Below, piece by piece: positions 57,734 to 64,000 of a DNA stretch of 64,000 nucleotides (positions are counted from its first letter, which is position 1; each line of letters starts with the position of its first letter). A program made the translations under genes and the position numbers. The notes beneath the pieces were generated by a model. It saw only the letters and a list, made by a program, of their open reading frames with translations, did not search any database and was not told the DNA's origin. This DNA comes from Botryllus schlosseri (taxonomy: Eukaryota): NCBI GenBank assembly GCA_051294905.1, contig CM119383.1, positions 11,532,001 to 11,596,000 on the forward strand. Direction: 5' to 3'.

Positions 57734-60700
57734 TTTCTTCTGCGTCTACCTTTCAGCAAACTGATGGAATAATTCCAATAATCGACCCCCGAAAGCATAT
57801 ATATTTAGATTCAATTTCACAAAGATCTGAAAGAAGTACATTTTTAGTGGTAAAAGATGATATCTCTCTTGAACGGCTTGTAAAGTAATGCCTATAAAAT
57901 ACCAGAACAAGATATTAAAATTTCAATAGACAAGAAAACTTTTCTGTCAGCAGGTCAACACACATCACATTTAATGCACAAGTGTGTACTGTACTGTACA
58001 GTGTACAGTCCTTTCGAGATGTCATGTTGGTCAATTTTGTTGGAATGGATTATTAGCATCTGAAAATAAGTGCAACTAAGAATGGCAGTGCTTAACACAA
58101 TACCAGAAAACACCAGCTAACAAATTTGAACTAAACAAATGAAAGCCAAGCAGCTGCAAAATCTATACCATAAACCAGTTGCTACATAGAAACCGACCGT
58201 GATTAAATAACTATACTATGATATCATACATGCTGCTAGCATGTAAGCTTAGTTTTGTCATCATTAAAATAGCTCTAAGTCTACAGTACACCAAATCATA
58301 CAAACATTAAAAAGCTATGTTAACATATCGGCAATATAATTTCTTTTGATAATTTTCACAATATTTAGTGTACCAGAACTTATGTGCAGAATTTCACATT
58401 GACAAACGCATTCCACATCCAGCGGCATTTGACATAGAATGCTTAAGATCACAGGCGAAAGAAGAAGAATCAGGCATTTAGAAATTCCGTGTGTTGTTAC
58501 AGCTCCTATTTCAAAGAAAAAGCGGTGGACCGAATATTTTGCTAAGATTATCTCACCGTCCTGCTTCAACCAACACTGCAAAGACATCACTACACAGACT
58601 CAAGATAACAATGACCATGCTATGTCAACTACTACAAATTATTAATTTAGAAAACAAAGGCCAGGCAATACCCTGGTAGGCCTACCAAACAAACACAATT
58701 TGTAACTATCAAGTACTAAATAGTAGTATTCAACAGAGATGTTCATAGTAGTATTAACTAGAACAGACTTCTCAAGAAAAACCTAAACTAATAGCAACAT
58801 TCAAAAAACAAAACTACTAACATCGTAAAATCCTTCCGTGTTCAATACCATCGAGTTGCAGGAGTCATCTTTAAACTCCACATCTTACAAAACTCAAAAA
58901 CGACAGCACATGCCGGATAAATGTTAGCCTGTTGAGTTTTTCAAATGGCCCCGAGCAACACAACTATGAAATGCTACTAAGTACTAATCCTTACAAATTC
59001 TGAGATATCAATGAAATCATAGTGCTTCGAGTGAAGACTGTCAACTACCAAACAAGGGGGAACATTGTGTAACAGATGGAAGTCAGCTCGTAATGCCACT
59101 AGGTACTTGAATGTTGAATCACTGCTACCATTGACTTATTGGGATTCAGCAACTGCATATCTTCGGTGTCATATGCCAGAAGGAAGCAGTATTAGTCGAT
59201 TGAATCAAGATTAACACATTTGGTCAACGGATTATTCCCAATAATAATCTTTAATACATTCAATATATTTAAGTTCCCATGCATATCCAACATATGCTAC
59301 AGATGGTAAATGATTTTGACAACTAAATCCCATATCACCACCATTGAGATCAAATTTATATGTACTACCTGGGCTTAACTTGATTTCAACCGACTGCATT
59401 ACTCGATGATTAACGCAGCTCCAGGTATCAATCTGGCTTGTGTTGAAAAGTGACATCGTACAGTGATTTAACCAGATACGGTAAAGGGAAAAACTAAAGA
59501 AGTCACCAAAAGCATGGTGCAGCAGTTTATACAGTAGGTCACTGGCTTAGAAATGTCTTAGTCACCTATTCTGCGGGTCGATATATAATTGCAATAGGGA
59601 ATTCACCAATGCCTCAATCAGGTCCCATAAATTTCAGTAACCTAAATATCTATATAACCTGCCATGAGAATTAGTAATCAATGGCAGCTTTCGGAAAAAA
59701 TACAAGCATTTAATAACGAAGATCTAGTTAAATCTGCTCCAACAAGAAAGGTATCGACTTGGTGGCATGTAACAACAATGTCTCATGTCATAGCCACCAT
59801 GAGAAATGGTAATACAGGACATGAATCACATAGCTGCTACACAGCAATCTGAATAACGCAAAAGATGAAATTGCTGATTAACATAAAATAACTGCTGACA
59901 TAATTGATCATAAAATCCCTATCCTCGACTAATAGCCTACAAGTATAGCTAGACTAGGAAAAACAAGTACAACATCTATCAATTTCCTAAATTGAATAGT
60001 TTTAAATTACATACAATTATATGGGATCATGGATAAATATGAAAAAATTGTGCATAATCATGGGACATTTTGGGTGATATGACTCTCAGATCCTATGTCT
60101 TTCATGCATGCATATCAATATATACCAGCATGATAATTACATCAGAGATACGAGAAAACACAGCAATTTTGCATCCACTGAGTCAACTTGCAAATCATCG
60201 AATAGACTACATCATTTTAGTCATCACACATCGTTTACACTCCTACCAGATGTTGTTGGTTGTCCCGTTACGCTTGATTAGTCAGAGAACAAGCAGTCTA
60301 TTATGATGGAACAGCAGGAAACATCTTTGCATGATATGCTTGTTGAAATTGGACGTGATATTGTACAGATTCTAAATAAACTGGATTATGACAGATATTC
60401 ACATCTAAATTTTGAAATTTTGATCAATCACTATTGCCAAAGAAAATTAATTTGCACATTTACACTCGTTTTTTTTGCCTATACTATACTTGATCATAAA
60501 AACACATTGCATAAACAAAATTGCTATATCATACATTAAGAATAGGCCACTATCTCACGACGCAAGCTATTTTATTCATAAACAAATTGTTATTGGTGAC
60601 TTGAATTCATTAATTCCATTTAGTCTGACGATGAGGTTAACAATCATGCAGTTCAGTAATGAAATATATGCCACTAGTTGCAATGTCATAAACTGATATC

Positions 60701-63231
60701 TTTGATATAAGCTCCCTTTATAGCAAATGATTGCCTCCTCTCGCACTTGGGATCATACTCAATCCAACACCACTTTTTTATCAGCAGGTCGTCAGTTAAA
60801 TTCCTGGATCGGTCAGACTAAAAACCAAATAGTAATACAGGTATCCACTACTTGCCCGCTGGGCACTCCGCACTTAGCGATAGGAAGGAAAGGAATAATA
60901 TTGGTACTGATTTAATAACCTTCGAGTCTCCAAGCATCAAACAACCTCAATGATGCAGATGAAAATGAACTGTCTTCCTCCTGTTCACAATATGCCAAAA
61001 TCTTTCAAACAATGGAAAAATTGTACTCCAATCACCAATCAAGAACTTAGTTAATCCTAACCTAAGTGAAAACTATTTTACCCCTAACCTTGACAGTTAC
61101 TGTCACAAAAGCTAGCCCTAATACAAGTTAAGCCAACTTTACTTCTAAACCGAATCTTACCCAAAACCATAACTGCAACACAAGCTAGCAGTAACCTAAC
61201 CCCCAACCAAGCAAGGTTCCCCGGTTATTTACCTCCGTTGCATTCTCAGGCATCATGTCTGTCAAGAGAGGGGCGGAGACTGTTTGATTCACCGGTATCA
61301 CTCTGGTAACGTGTCTGGACTGTGTTTACATCTGTTGGATACTCGGTGTCATATCTGGAGTATGTACATTGTACAACTTTGTTTGGCACCCAGATATATC
61401 AGTCATAATATTGAAGCTAGTTGTGGTCAAAGTAGTTATTGTTGGCACACAAGCAGAAGTAGAAAATGACAGTTCCGAGAAGTAATCAAGTTTGCAGAAG
61501 ATGATTTGGAAAAGTGTTGACAAATTGTTAGGTCAACCGCCATTGTCAGTTGTCGAAATAACACGATGCAAATTTGTGACGAACGCATAATCACTAACAG
61601 AGATGTGGCGAGACAGCGTTGTGGTATCATCCACAGCTGCAACACCAATTAGTTGCGGATTCGAGTCAGACCGAGGTCGACTGCTGACGTCCTAATTAAG
61701 TATTGTAGGTATCAAAATGAAGAAAGTCGGCCTGGTGTAAATTACCATAGTAGTTGAAAACACCATGAATACCACAAGCAACAATTAACGGTGATGGAAA
61801 TCAAATAGGTGCAATCGGAAACATAAGAAGTATGTAGTTTGCTTCAAAACTGCTGATGTAGAAGTGGAAGTAATCTGAGAACGTAATCAATAAATAGGTC
61901 TACATAGTGGAGATGAACAAAATCCCCTCGAGTACTTATAAAAGTAGGTTGCTCTGATGAAAGCCACAAAATTATTTCAACTCCCATGAATGATTGGGTT
62001 GTAAATTAATATATAGAGTTGAACAGGTCTCATAGTCCACGTACGATGGCTAAGTTTCAAAGAGGCGTAAAAACACTTCAGCCAGACTTCGAATATCATA
62101 CAGGGAAGTCAAACAGACAGAAACACACCTCAGGCATTAGGGTGTCCATTCCAACCAAATATACTGATGCTTTTGGTTAAGTCATATTAATATTAGATGT
62201 ATATATAAGATTAGTTGATGTCAAACCAGACATGCGTAACTGATGAAAATGATTTGACAAGTTACAGATGGGATCGATGTCCTGTACTCACACAATTCTT
62301 CATTTATTTTTCAATAAATTACTTCAACTTGTAGAATCATCGCTGCTTTAAATAAATCAGGAGTATTCGATATATAGGCTACCGTATATGAAATATGGAG
62401 AAGCCGACGTAATCCTGCTTGAGAATAGTATAATTCCCAATTCACTGCTACAAAGTTTTGACACCTTCTTTAGTATATTCATATTCTATCGCAATTTTGT
62501 CATGTTTTGAACGAAACTCGATATTTTCGCAACTAAACTTACTATACGGCTGGGCCGTTCAGACTGCTCTCTTATCCACCTCCCACATATATACATCATA
62601 GATCTCCCTATTACAAGCTAAATAGCTATCAAACTTGGCATTCCGCATTCGTATCTCTATATAGTACCGGTTTCCGCACCAAAAAAGTCAATCTTGCAAC
62701 TAGGCAATGCAACTGCAACTATTTTGGTTTGGTTCCTAATGAGGGCCCTCCGATGGACGACAGCAGAATTTAATGTTGACATACTTCAGTGCTTGCGTCT
62801 ACTGAAATTAGATATGCGCTAGTGGTCCGCACATTTCGCAAACACGAGCAGAGCGAGGATTTGAAAATTTTAATCGAATTTTGATCTAGGTAGTTAGACA
62901 TGATATTTCTACAGATTCATTTCATGCCGTTTGAAATCAAGCCGTTAGCGAACAGTTGGATATTCAATGTGCATGTGCAGTGCATGTGCTATGTTAGTCA
63001 GTGCATGCCTTGCCTTGTTCATTATGCTCTTTTATCATAGTCTGACGGCCATGGCGGTCTTTGACAGAAAGACTGTTCCAAGTCGTTTCGACTTTCGATT
63101 CCTTCATATCTTTACATTCTATCGCAATTTTATGGTGTTTTGAACTGATGAAAATAATAATAAGGGATGATGAAATGATGATCATATTTCGATTCGATTT
63201 TTAGGGATCAGACAAATTTCAATTTGCTCGT

Positions 63232-63570
63232 TCATCATCATTGGTTTATTAGCGATTTTTATCAGTTCAATACACCACAAATGCGATATAATGCGATACA
63301 ATCAAAAGATAGGAAGGTGTCGAAGCGACTTGGACTAGTCTATGCCCTATGGAATAAGACACCCAACTTGGCCTAGGCGATGTAAAGAGGAGGCATGCAC
63401 AGCACACTGAATGAAAAGTGAAGGAAGATAGTATAGAAAAAAGCAAGCGACAAAAATGGGGTGGCGTGTCATGGAAGGCGAGATCGATAGTTCAGACTTA
63501 AATGAAGACATGGACAATGGACATGCTCGTCGACTGTCGGATGGCCGGCAGGATACTATTCCACACTGTA
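63232..63570 (-). mobile_element. 3' end of CR1/L2-like LINE with internal deletion
   Basis: (CAT)n tail at 63232. 63232-63495 matches the 3' UTR at 8980-9247, and 63523-63565 matches 8836-8880. Confidence 0.85.
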
Positions 63571-64000
63571 ATATAGTTCAATGTATTTCAAACGTTTGAG
63601 TAAAATACGCACAACCAGTCCTCGAGCCCGTTCTGTCGATCGCGTGACCGGGGCGTCGGGAGCACACATCTAATAAGTACGTTAATCACAATCACACTTC
63701 CCCTTGATCTAGAGATCACAAGGGAAACCAACACATAACGCAACGATGTAACTTCAAACGTGGAAATCAAGTGAAAAATTCTAACACAGTGTATATATGA
63801 AACGGCAAACTTCCCCTTGGTCTGAAAATCGCACGGGAAGCTAAGTCAACGTGATAAGCGTGAAAACGAAAACACAAATACGTAGGCTACTGTACACATT
63901 CGATACATCAAACTGCAAGTTAAATTTTGATATATATGGCTTTGATTTATTGACGGGGAAGGGGAATCATTTATTGGTCTTCCTACCCCCGTGATCAATT

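Noticed and set aside
57730-57826. Transmembrane segment/receptor-type PTP (IIGIIPSVC, RRRRK)
   Set aside because: It contains stops and frameshifts and lies in the 5' UTR. The N-terminus from ATG 57733 matches cytosolic PTPN12.
59000-59480. FN3-like (minus) or Gypsy RT-like (plus) readings
   Set aside because: Multiple stops, only short motif resemblances and no consistent splice model.
60720-61700. EGF-like exons or an L2/CR1 ORF2 remnant (KMIWKSVDKLLG)
   Set aside because: The frames are broken and the putative LINE motifs are out of order. Likely decayed TE debris, but not supportable.
62481-63145. 32-bp near-duplicate ATTCTATCGCAATTTT..GTTTTGAAC (62481, 63114)
   Set aside because: Only two copies 630 bp apart, with no spacer array or coding context. 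Not CRISPR-like.

Overview
Eukaryotic, AT-rich, intron-containing genomic DNA from an invertebrate chordate-like animal. Short 43-75 nt introns and chordate-type FHAD1/PTPN12 homologues fit an ascidian; that assignment is inference. Three genes could be spliced by hand with consistent reading phase. (1) FHAD1-like (+, 9799-20161, 4 coding exons, ~1338 aa) with a 3.55-kb first coding exon. (2) An orphan K/R/S-rich nuclear-type protein with a C-terminal winged-helix (H15/SAMD1-like) domain (+, ~25834-29053, >=529 aa). (3) A PTP-PEST family (PTPN12/18/22-type) tyrosine phosphatase (-, 57733 down to at least 31486, 18 exons traced, 3' end unresolved). A fourth gene probably starts near 500-626 (-) and runs off the left edge. 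Introns and intergenic DNA carry many non-autonomous elements: hAT MITEs/deletion derivatives with 8-bp TSDs, a TA-flanked element, a palindromic MITE with a 7-bp TSD, a TTAGGG/G-quadruplex foldback element, CR1/L2-like LINE 3' tails and tRNA-derived SINE relics. A very young LTR element (LTRs 347/348 identical) carries one orphan ORF instead of gag/pol. No rRNA, intact tRNA or CRISPR array was seen. The best leads are the orphan winged-helix gene and the coding but pol-less LTR element. Most short ORFs in the track are not genes.
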